Origin: Ginglymostoma cirratum
Lineage: Eukaryota
Reading direction: 5' to 3'
NCBI GenBank assembly: GCA_024137785.1
Contig: JAHRHZ010000002.1
Span: forward strand, 4,667,828 to 4,731,827
DNA length: 64,000 bases
A program made the translations under genes and the position numbers. Of the stretch, positions 12,481 through 23,130 are shown piece by piece; within the stretch, counting starts at the first letter, position 1, and each line of letters begins with the position of its first letter. Under the pieces are notes generated by a model, which was given only the letters and a program-made list of their open reading frames with translations, was not told the origin of the DNA and ran no database searches.

Positions 12481-14155
12481 TCTCTCCCAGTAATCCCAGT
12501 GTGTGATCAGTGACACTGGTCGTCGCTGTCCAGTCTGTCCAGTTATACATAAGAACATAATAACGAAAAGCAGGAGTAGGCAGTACAGCTCCTTCGGCCT
12601 GCTCACTATTTAGTACAATCACAGTTAATGTCATTTCTCCCTCAACTATACTTCCCCCCTGCACCCCATCATCCTTCAACCCCAATTACTAATTGAAATC
12701 TGTCTATCTGCTCCTAAATTTACTCCATGTTCCAGCATCACAGTATTTTCAGGTCATGAATTATACAGATTCATGACCCTTTGAGTGAATTCATTTCTCC
12801 TCATCTCTGATTTAAATTTGCAGCCCCTTATCCCAAATCTCTGACCAGTCAATCTAGATTGCCACAAGAGGAAACATGGTCTACTTTGATAAACCCCATT
12901 GGTGTTTGTGTTTGGCTAGTTTAACCCCCATCCTTTAATGCCATGGAAACGGTGCTTGGGGTAGGTACGTTGGTACCTCATCGAACTGCTGTAGTCTCTA
13001 TGGTGCACCGTCTCCCAGATTGCTGTTCGGAAGCACAATTCAGAAATCAGGGACATGTTGGAGGCGGAAGGAGAGGTTCTGGACACTGTGCTGACCAGAC
13101 ACTGGATGCTGTGCTGACCAGACTCTTGGACATGGTGGAGAGCTTACCTGAATGGAAGGCTGCTGCTGATGCACACACTTCACTTCCTCACCTTGGGCTG
13201 CAGCCTGTATAACCTTGGTGTAACGTTCCAGCTTCAGCAGCCGATTTCCCCAATGGAGAACAGTCTACAAAGGGAAGCATTCCCTCATCCCATTGGGCTG
13301 GAGGCTGGTGCACACAGCAGTCCCTTGCAATAAGCATTTGAGTAGATTCACTGAGTGCCATCCCATATGGGTTTTTTAGGAACCTGAAGGAAATTTTGAA
13401 AGCTTTCATTTGTAGCCTGTTGTTTGGTTTTTTAAAGGGGCTGCTTTTAAAATTTTGGCTGCATTCTGCGCCATTCAAGGGGGTGGGCGTAATGAAGGGT
13501 CTCATCATGGGCCTGCACTTAGGTATGGTCAAGGTGGTCATCACCAGCTCCAAGCAGGGAGATGTGGTGGGGCCGCAGCTCCTGCCTGTGTGCCCCTCTT
13601 CCCTAGTTAGGCCTATCCCTGGTTGTCAATGGAGAAGGCGCATGCAGAGTGCCCCAGCACAGCAGAGGTCTGTAGAGACTGGTGGGACCTTTAAGGGCTT
13701 GTGTACATCAGACACCTTGGTTATTGTACTTGATCCAATTTTAATGAGTTTCTATTGATCTTTTGATTTTTTTTGTTAAATTGCTCCACCTGGTGCAGTC
13801 CAACCTGCTTAAAGTTTAATTAAAGAACAGAAAGTATCTGAGCTTTCTTGACTCTTTCTCTCAGTTGAACAATCTCACTCTTCACTCCCAACCTGAGACA
13901 AACATATTCTACCATTGCAACACGGCAGCTGCAGTATCACTCAATCTTCCACTGGGGACCTTAGCTGACCAGGAACTTTGAGAAAAATGTGTCAAATCCA
14001 TCACATATATACCCAGAGGTCCATTCTCCCCACCACCTGGGCTTGCTTTGAACCCAGTTTCCAGCCATTTATCTGCGTTCATCAGGCCAATAGTGCAAAA
14101 TTGCTGCTCATCAGACAAAACCGTATGTTTATATAATCTATGTTGCGTTTACTTT

Positions 14156-14493
14156 TAGAACCATTGAATCCCTACAGTGTGAAACTAGGCAGTTTGACCC
14201 ATCAAGTCCACACTGACCCTCCAAAGAGAATGTGCCACCCTACCCTTATCCCTGTACCTCTGCATTTTCCATGGTTAATCCACCTTGGACACTATAAGCA
14301 ACTTAGCATGGTCAATCCACCTAACCTGCACGTCTTTGGACTGTGGGAGGAAACTGGAGCTCCTGGAGGAAACCCATGCAGACACAAGGAGAACATGCCA
14401 ACTCTACTCAAATGGTTGCCCGAGGTTGGAGTCAAACCCAGGTCCCTAGTGCTGTGAGGCAGCAGTGCTACCCACTGAGCCACCATGCTGCCC
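14156..14493 (-). mobile_element. HE1/V-SINE
   Basis: tRNA-like head GGGCAGCATGGTGGCTCAGTGG followed by the V-domain GGGTTTCCTCC..GGTTTCCTCCCACAGTCCAAAGA. Confidence 0.85.
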
Positions 14494-14649
14494 AGTAACG
14501 TGAATGATTCCAATGTACTTCCATATTCAGCCCTCCATGGACTTAAACTGCACGTCCCCTGACCTGCACTGGCAAATCGAACCACTTCACAAGTTTAAAA
14601 TTCTCACTGTTGTATTTTAATCCCTTCATGGCTTCAGCTCCCCCCAACT

Positions 14650-15855
14650 TAGACCATAAAATATAGAACATAGAACAGTACAGCATAGTACAGGCCATTC
14701 GGCCCATGATGTTATGCCGATCTATTATCCTACTAAGATCAAACTACCCTGCATACTCTACATTTTACTATCTTCCATGTGCCTATCCAAGAGTCGCTTA
14801 AAAGTCTCTAAAGTATCTGGCTCAAACATCAATGCTGGCAGCACATTCCACACACCCACCACTATCTGTGTAAAGAATCTACCTCTGACATGTCCCCTGT
14901 ATCTTCCTCCAATCACCTTAAAATTATGTCCCCTCACAATAGTAATTTCCACCCTGGGAAAAAGTCTCTGGCTATCCACTCTATCTATGCCTCTCATCAC
15001 CTTGTACACCTCTATCAAGTCACCTCTCATTCTTCTTTGCTCCAATGAAAAAAGCCCTAGCTTCCTCAACCTTTCCTCATAAGACCTGCCCTCCAGTCCA
15101 GGCAGCATTCTGGTAAATCTCCTCTGCACCCTCTGTAAAATTCCCAGATCCTTCCTGTACTGAGGTGACCAGAACTGAACACAATATTCCAAGTGTGGTC
15201 TAACCAGGGTTTTATAGAGCTGCAGCATAACCTCGCGGCTCTTAAACTCAGTTCCCCTGCCAAGGAAAGCCAACATGCCATATGCCTTCTTAACAACCCT
15301 AGCAACTCAGGTAGCAACTTTGAGGACGTGGACCCCAAGATCCCTCTGTTCCTCCACACTGCCAAGAATCTTGTATTCTGTATTCAAATTGGATGTTCCA
15401 AAATGAATCACTTCATACTTTTCTGGGTTGAATTCCATCTGCCACTTTTTTGCCCAGCTCTGCATCATGTCAATGTCCCGTTGCAACTTACAACAGCCCT
15501 CCACGCTGTCCACAACTCCACTAACCTTCACATCATCGGCAAACTTACTAACCCACCCTTTCACTTCCTCATCCAAATCATCTATAAAGAGCCATTCTGC
15601 TAATCCAGTCTGCTCTGCCACTTCATGGCTGATTTGTTTCTCAACCTCATTCTCCTGTAACTCTTGATCTCCTTACCAATCAAGAATCTATCTATTTCTG
15701 TACAAAAATGCTGTCAATGTCTTGGCCTCCACAGCCATTTGTGGCAATGAGTTCCACCGATTAATCACCCTCTGGCTGAAGAAATTCCTCATCTCAGTTC
15801 CGAAGGATCATCCCTTCACTCTGAGGATGGGGCCTCAGATCCTAGTCTGTCCTAG
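14650..15855 (-). mobile_element. CR1-type LINE RT/3' fragments
   Basis: SKFADDVKV, WQMEFNPEKYEVIHFG, LYKTLVRPHLEYCVQFWSP. Confidence 0.88.
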
Positions 15856-16219
15856 CTTTTATCACCTTTTTCTGCCTTACAACTTTTAGAAATATTTGTT
15901 TTCAAATGTTGAAATTCTCTTCATCTCCAATTTAAGCACCATATCTTGGGAGAGATACCTTCAACTTTCAAGGCTCTAAGTTATGGAATTCGCTCCCCAG
16001 TCCACTCTTAATTCCCTTTAGACCTTCCTTAAACCATTCTCTTTGGACCAAGCTTTTGGACAAGCACCCCCATCTCTCCTGATGAGGCTCGAAGTGAAAT
16101 TTGTTCAATAATACTTCTGTGAATTGCTTAGGGTACTGTATCAATACTGTTGGAGTGATGCTGTCTGTCTTGCTGTGTTCCTCCAGCTCTACACTATTAT
16201 CTCAAGGTGGATAGCTGCC

Positions 16220-17863
16220 TTGCCCCATGCTTTATTGTTAATACAGCTTTTCCTTATTAAAGATCAGAATAAAACAGCAACAAATAACTGGGTTTGTGTA
16301 TTGCCTACATAAGTTGTTTTGGTGTGGATTCTTTTTCATATTTATAAGTTGATGGCTGAGGACTTGTAAACATAATTACAAAAAGAGGAATACAAACACT
16401 TCATGCATGAAGACATAATGAATCATCACCCAGCTCTTTCTGATCAACTACCTCTTAAACTGGGACATGCAAGTATGTGGTGAATAATGAGAGAGTAAAT
16501 GGGTCAGTTTTTTGTTTCCAGGATTGAGTAGGCTTTATAATTAAGGCAACAAAGAAGTAAGGAGGAAAATTTTATTCACACCATCATGCATATCGAGAAT
16601 AGCAGAAAACAGTGCATGTATCACATTGAATTAGAATTACATACAATGTAATTTTTGTTGACAGGACTATCCCTATCAAATCCCACAATTCCCACTTGCA
16701 GAAACGCTTAATAATGATTTGAAGAACAGGCTCTCTTAAAAAAAAGTAATCTATGTGGCGCTGCTAATCTCTGTATTACGCCGAGTCCAAATGTTAAAAT
16801 TGAGAGGTTCCAGCACCTCGAGGTGAAGATTACACACTGCAAGATTTTCCAGGATAAATCAGGGAGATGGAATGGAAAGCTAGTTGGGAAAGAGGTTGGG
16901 TTCTGACTTGTGGTCTCCCAATCCCTGACTGTAAGGACCACAATTTGCTGTGTCTCCTACCATATGGGAAACACATTTAACACAGTCGGCCATAAGATGC
17001 ATGCCTGCTCTTCAGCTCAAAACAGCTGAAGCTCCAAGTCTAAACCAAACAACAATGGCAATTCTCCAATTTTTTTTCAATTTTTTCAACTCTTCAACCT
17101 TTACTGGTTCTAGCTTTGAGTAGTCTTTTACTCATTAATTGACATTTCTAACTATAAACCTCACTGAGATTCTTGCAGTGATGTTACATTTGCAGATTAG
17201 ATTTGAACTGGCCTTTTTCTTGCACTCATCATTTTTTTACCCCCAATTTTCCATATTCTGAACCTTGTGGAGGAGTTGGAATGGCAATTTTGGAACAACC
17301 AAGTCAGAATTTCACACTTCACTGGCCAATGCACGTAAAAGGTCAAGTCATCTCAGACATGTACGAAATGTCTAAGGAGCAAATTACATAGATTGAAGAG
17401 CCAAAAGCAAACTTATTCCCTGTCAGGTAAATAAATTTTAGATATCTTAATGAAATCATACTACTGACAGTCTTTCAGTGACATCACATTTGCAGATTAG
17501 ATTTTAACTGGCTTTTTACTTGCACTCATCATTTTTTACCCCCAATTTTTAATATTCTGAATCTCGTGGAGGAGTTGGAACGGCAATTTTGGAACAACCA
17601 AGTCAGAAATTCACACTGCACTGACGAATACAGGTAAAAGCTAAAGTCATCTCAGACATGCACAAAGCGTCTAGGGTGTAAATTACATAGATTGAAGAGC
17701 CAAAAGCAAACTTATTCCCCATCAGGTAAATAAATTTCTGATATCTTATAAAATCATACTAATTTGTTGAACATTTTACATTTGAAGATAGTTTGAAAGA
17801 AATTGATATGATCCCTCGGAAGTTGGCTGATTGATTCAGTAGCCTCGCTATGTTATTCAGTGA
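16220..17863 (-). other. B2M: B2M exon 4 (3'UTR); 3' end uncertain
   Basis: Strong acceptor (long T-rich tract ending gcag|) with the exon starting at 17863, after a 99-nt intron. Candidate AATAAA signals on the minus strand at 16571-16576 and 16231-16236. Confidence 0.65.
17165..17762. repeat. About 300-bp tandem duplication in the B2M 3'UTR
   Basis: 17165-17463 aligns with 17464-17762 (e.g. acatttgcagattagattt; caattttggaacaaccaagtcagaa; gattgaagagccaaaagcaaacttattccc). Confidence 0.92.
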
Positions 17864-17977
17864 CTGCAAAAAAAAGAGAAAAACACAGGGGTTCGATTTG
17901 CATTCTGTGCCGGAAATGTCCTCTCAGTAATCTTTGCTGTTCATCTGAGAGTCACGGCTTACCTCTGTAGTGACATG

Positions 17978-17988
17978 TTAGTAGGCAT
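17978..17988 (-). CDS. B2M: Beta-2-microglobulin exon 3 coding part (D-A-Y-stop); whole exon 17963-17988
   Basis: ttttctctgttttcgaccacag|AT GCC TAC TAA catgtcactacagag|gtaagc. A 26-nt exon carrying the stop codon, like the short third exon of mammalian B2M. Confidence 0.88.
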
Positions 17989-18156
17989 CTGTGGTCGAAA
18001 ACAGAGAAAAACAGCATTAGTCTGTGACCAGAACTTACAGCTACCCACCTATCACCCAGGCTTAAATACACATGCAGGAAAATGGGAATGGCTTTTGAAA
18101 TCCAAGGTCTGTTTAAATTGCTCTCTCCTATCATAACTGTCCCATGATAAACTGAT

Positions 18157-18490
18157 AGGGAGGTGGTGGTGATGTGTAATCCAGAAACTCTGACTAATGG
18201 TTTGGGAACATGGGTTTGAACTCTCCATGATAGATGGTGAAATGTGATTTTATCAAAAATCTGAGCAAAGAAAAGCTGACCTAAAGCCAATCATGTACCC
18301 ATTGTCAAGAGTCACAAAAATGCAATCCGGTTCATTAATGTCGTCCAGGGAAGGAAATCTGATATCCTTACTTGATCTGGTTTACAGTGACTCCAGACCC
18401 AGCGCAGTTGTCTCTTAGCTGCACGCTGGTAAATTGGGGATGGGCAATAACTAGCCAGCATCACCCACATCCCACAAATCAATCTAAAAG
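18157..18490 (+). mobile_element. tRNA-derived SINE (SacSINE1-like) in B2M intron 2
   Basis: tRNA-like head, body ..ttcattaatgtc..gggaaggaaatctg..ccttac.., tail gggatgggcaataa..gccagc..cccacatccca. Confidence 0.65.
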
Positions 18491-18856
18491 GGGAGCTGTT
18501 AACTAGTCAATGTCTAAAAATGAGTCTACAACACACCCAGAGACAAGTTGAGGCAACTGCCAGTTTTGGAGAATTTTGCGAACCATAGATCCAAGAAGCC
18601 ATAATAAGATTACCTGTTTCTGCTGACACAGTTCCCATGTGGACTTATAGGAATGCTTGGCTGAGTTCCAAGGCTTACTAATTTGATTATTTCAGTAACA
18701 GTCTGTATTGTCAGTCAGAGCTGCAGTATTTCCTTTGTTTGTTTGATAGCTTTATGAGTTAAAAATAAATTATTCCTTCTTTGATCTAATTTGTCTATGT
18801 CTATATTTATTTGGACAAGACTATAAAATATCAAGTGCAGTAAAGTTTCTGTTATT

Positions 18857-19165
18857 GGTTAGTACTGCTGCCTCACAGCACGAGGGACCCAGGTTCAATT
18901 CCACCCTTGGGCGACTGTCTGTGTGGAGTTTGCACATTCTCCCCGTGTCTGTGTGGGTTTCCTCCAGGTGCTCCGGTTTCCTCCCACAGTCCAAAGATGT
19001 GCAGGTTAGGTGAATTAGTCGTGCTAAATTGCCCATAGTTTTCAAGGATGTGTAGATTAGGTGGGTTACAGGAGGATGGGTCTGGGTGGGATACTCTGAG
19101 GTTCGGTGTGGACTTGTTGGGCCGAAGGGCCTGTTTTCCACACTGTATGGATTCTGTGATTCTGT
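18857..19165 (+). mobile_element. HE1/V-SINE in B2M intron 2
   Basis: B box GGTTCAATTCC, V-domain and CR1-like tail. Confidence 0.88.
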
Positions 19166-19812
19166 GAATATCACCTGACTGATACTTCCTTAGGATTGTG
19201 AAAACAACCAGCTTTTCTTTAAAGAACCGTCATCTTTTTTCCTATAAACTTCTCAACATTTGCCACTATTATACAACTTACTGACTCACTGCACACTGAG
19301 TAGAAAGACCATGGGAATTGGACGGGTGAGATTGTGAGGGGCAACTGCTACAAAGTCCCATGGAATAGAGGGGTTCTTTTAATGAGCCCACTTCAGCACT
19401 CGACCACCTCCATGTTGCCTCTGATTTGTTTCCAGAGGTGGCAGATTTGCACAATCCCATGCCCATCTCCCCAGAATGAACACTGCACGTAATGAGCTCA
19501 ATCATAACCAGGCGGCTAAAATCTGATTCAAGCTGCCTGCCACAATAGTAAAAAAGCCTGGTGCATGTTCTTTACACTAGAGTGTAAGTACACTTATAAT
19601 TTTACAAGAGGATCAGATGGCTTATGCCCAGAGCAGCAAATATTGGGAGTGAATTACAGTATGCAATCTAATCAACTGTTGTGTCAAATTATCAGTGAAA
19701 GAGAAATTCTATGGGTCTGATTACGTTTGCCATTGATGAACTTATACCAACAAAAGGATAGAGTGATTATGGGAGAATATGCGTTAGACATGTTAATATA
19801 CAGATTTCTTAC

Positions 19813-20085
19813 CAAGCTGAATCTCTTTTGAGTCACCATTGTGGGTCACCATGCAGGAATACTTGTATCCACTCTGGGGGGTGAACTCCACATAACGAGT
19901 TAATTTGAAACTCCAGTCTGACTCAAAGGACAGGTCAGACTGGGTGGTATTGGGAATGATTCTTCCATTCTCCAGCAGCTCCAGCTTGATGTTGGGGGGG
20001 CTGAAATCTTTGGCATGACAGAGCAACACGTTGGATTCGCCCTCCTTTATCAGCTTGTAGGTATACACCTGTACATTTGGAGAAC
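19813..20085 (-). CDS. B2M: Beta-2-microglobulin exon 2 (C1-set Ig domain)
   Basis: Acceptor tttctag| and donor G|gtaaga; 273 nt, phase 1-1. Encodes SPNVQVYT...LLCHAKDFSPPNI...SDLSFESDWSFKLT...YSCMVTH, with the b2m hallmark motifs (two Cys, cis-Pro, DLSFxxDWSF). Confidence 0.98.
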
Positions 20086-21272
20086 CTAGAAACAGAGCAA
20101 AGCTAAAGAGTCGATACAATTCAAGAACAGTTATATCCAAACCCATCACCAGCACTGAGTGGGGTCCCCCTAGATACCACCAGAGGTTGGGAGATTGCTA
20201 GATGATGATTGGGACTGCTGGGTCCCAACTTCTGGAACAAACGAGATCATTCAGTCCCAAACTCTGGGAGATATCTGTTCATTGACTGAGATCTCTCATT
20301 CCCCAACTTTGGGATATATCCATACACTAACTGAGATGGCGCAATCTCAGCATCTGGAAAACATTTATGTAAAAGACGTTGATCTCTGGGCTTCACACTC
20401 TGAGAGATTTATTAGGATCTCGTGGTCACAGTCTCCAGATTTCTGTCCACTGACTGGGAATTCTGAATCCCGAATCCCAATAATGAACATAATGGACATC
20501 TAAACAAACAAAAACATAGAAAGGAAACAGAGGTAGGACAGAGGCTGTTGAAAAATCAGAGAAGAATGGCAAGAAATACAAGATACCAAAAACAGATTGA
20601 ATAGTGTGGGATGGAAAATGAAAGTGAAGGTTTAGACTAATATCTGAGAAAGATAAAAGTGTCATGGTTGCTGGACATTTAGAATAGGAAGAGAAAATGC
20701 TAGATATTATACAAGAAAGCAAGTATTTCTTTTTTTTTGATAAATGGTCATTGATCTGAAACATTAACTCTGCCTCCCTCTTCACCGATAACTGCACGGC
20801 TGTTGAGAATTTCCAGTATTTCATGAAGGGAACTGTAGGTTTGTAGAAATTGAGTTCTGATAAGCCAAGTGCGCAATTTTCATGGTACCTCTGATCACGC
20901 TCAATTATAGCATTAGAAACCCAATCTCCTCAGCCATGACTTTCCTGGTCAAACTCTCACATAACTTTACAAACCCACTGACATCCTCAGTCAGAAGAAA
21001 ACTCTGATGAGGATGTCAGCTGCGATATCCAATATTATATAGGGGTAAGGCAAAATAGGACCCTGAAACACAGTTCAAGACTCGACCTCCTGTGATCTCC
21101 CCCTTCAGAAACTAAGGTGCTTCCGAGGCATGATTGTGAACTGAAAGCTAGGTTATTTACTGCTCTTAACAAGGGTCAGTCCCCCGAGGTTTAATTTTAA
21201 AAATTGGGAGGGAGGGGGTTGCGAAGAAAGAGAAAGTGTGTGTGTACTGGTCAGAGAAGCCAAATGAACATA

Positions 21273-21423
21273 TCTGAGATAACAAGGTGTGGGGCTGGAT
21301 GAACACAGCAGGCCAAGCAGCATCAGAGGGGCAGGAAAGCCGACACTTCGGGCCTAGACCCTTCTCCAGCATCTGCAGTTCCTACTATCTCTTCTCCAGC
21401 ATCTGCAGTTCCTACTATCTCTG
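21273..21423. mobile_element. Penelope-derived short insertion in B2M intron 1
   Basis: Terminal repeat plus a duplicated inverted tail; TSD-like tgaacat(a/g)tctgag on both sides. Confidence 0.75.
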
Positions 21424-21502
21424 AACATGTCTGAGGTTGAAATTATTTTATCAACTCTTAAGAAGCGTCGGCGACCTCTCCCCAAACAGCTAGCTCACTT
21501 AC

Positions 21503-21554
21503 CGGCCTGGCTCAGAGCCACGATTAAGGCCAGAATGGCCAGCTTCAGCATCAT
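21503..21554 (-). CDS. B2M: Beta-2-microglobulin exon 1 (signal peptide MMLKLAILALIVALSQA + phase-1 G)
   Basis: The minus strand reads AAAA ATG ATG CTG AAG CTG GCC ATT CTG GCC TTA ATC GTG GCT CTG AGC CAG GCC G|GTAAGT. This is a hydrophobic leader with a consensus donor, and phase 1 matches exon 2. Confidence 0.9.
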
Positions 21555-21629
21555 TTTTGCGAATTTGATGTTAAGTCTGGGATTACTTCTATTCAACGTC
21601 CACCGAGAGATCGCTTCTCGCACCTTCTG

Positions 21630-21850
21630 CCCTTCACTTCCTGGGCTCCTGGTTAATCAGCCACAAACAAGCCTCCCTGCACCAATAGAAAAAGGGTCCC
21701 GCCCCGCTCGCCCCGCCTACCCCGCCCGTTACAGCCAGCCGCAATATTCTTCCTCTTCTGTATCATCAGTCTCTGGGTAAAGGATGTCTGTTCAGTTTGT
21801 GAAACGGGCAAGACGGGGGGCGGTCACACAGCAGGGGTGAAAGTGAAACT
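21630..21850 (-). promoter_or_regulatory. B2M proximal promoter: Ets site, Y/CCAAT box, GC boxes, X1-like box, ISRE
   Basis: ISRE GAAAGTGAAACT 21839-21850; X1-like CCCAGAGACTGATGA (minus) 21763-21777; ATTGG on the gene strand 21682-21686; CCCGCC boxes 21698-21727; AGGAAGTG about 21635-21642; CpG-rich. Confidence 0.8.
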
Positions 21851-22879
21851 CCGTCCAGCGGCAAACGGCTGGATCCCGCATACCTCATGATCAGATTTAG
21901 GGGACTGGTGTTCAAGAATCACGGAAGCTGGTCACAAAAAAAAACACAGCGACAGACAGACAGAATCACAACCACCGACTAAATTACTCTACAGAAACAG
22001 GCCTCTCGGCCCATTGTGTCAGGGCTGGTTCTCTGCAGAAAGAGATCACTTGGCCCATTTCTGAAGAATGTTCCCGACCCGAAATGTCAACTTTCCTCCT
22101 CCTCTGATGCTGCGTGGCCCGCTGTGCTCCGCCAGCTCCACGCTGTTGTATTTGGCCTCACGGTTTCCTCATTGCCCCACAATTATTTGTCTCTTCAGAA
22201 CTAGCTGAATTCCCTTTCAATCTGCCTCCATACTCTCATTCAGTCCATTCCTGTTCCAAACCATTGGCTGCGGAGGAATAAAAGGCAATTCCCCCCCCCC
22301 GCCCCCCGTCTGCCAGTCAACACCCTCTGGTTTTCAATCAAAGGTGACAGTTTCTCTGTATTACTCTTTCCAGGCCTCTCGTGTTATTGAAAACCTCAAC
22401 GGAACAACCTTTAAATGACCCCAACTTTGCCGACCTGTCCTTGTAACTGAAGTTCCTCATCCCTGGAATTGTTCTAATAAATGTTTTCACTCCTTATATG
22501 CCGACTTAACACAATGAGGCTAAGACAAGTCTCCTTTTACAGATTTACCATAACTTCCATTTTTTGTACTTTAGACCTCTATTCAAATAAAAAAAATTAG
22601 GCAGTTGTTAGACAGTTTCTCTACCTATCCTGTCACCCTCAATAGGCGATACACGTATACCTCGAGGACTCTCCCTTTGTTCCTATACCTCCTTTATAAT
22701 TATTTCCTTTATTTTCTACTATCTTTCCTTTTTCTTCCTCCCAAAATGTAAAACTTCTTGCTTTTCTGCATTGAACTTCAGCTGCCACGTTTCGGTCCAT
22801 TCCGTCAGTCAGCGTCAAATCCATCAGTATCCTCCTTTCAAATTGTGCCGTCGTAACCTAAATATGAGGAATACGTCCC

Positions 22880-23130
22880 TTGAAATAGGGTATGTGTGTA
22901 CAGAGATAGAGAACATGTACACTGTGAACATTGATACTGTGATAGGAAACGTGTACAATGTAAGCATGTGTGTTGTGAATAGGGAATGTACCTATACACT
23001 GTGAGCACATAAACTGCAATAGGGACCACTGTAAAAAATATATACCGTTATAGGGAATGTGTACATTGAGATACTAAGTATGCATGCAGTGGATATAGAC
23101 TTGGGAAATGTGAACTGTGATAGGGAATCC
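22880..23130. repeat. Degenerate minisatellite (tgtacactgtgatagggaa-like)
   Basis: Recurrent atagggaa / tgtacactgtga motifs. Confidence 0.6.

Noticed and set aside
19793-20155. ORF as a single-exon B2M
   Set aside because: Both ends read through into introns; the real exon is 19813-20085.
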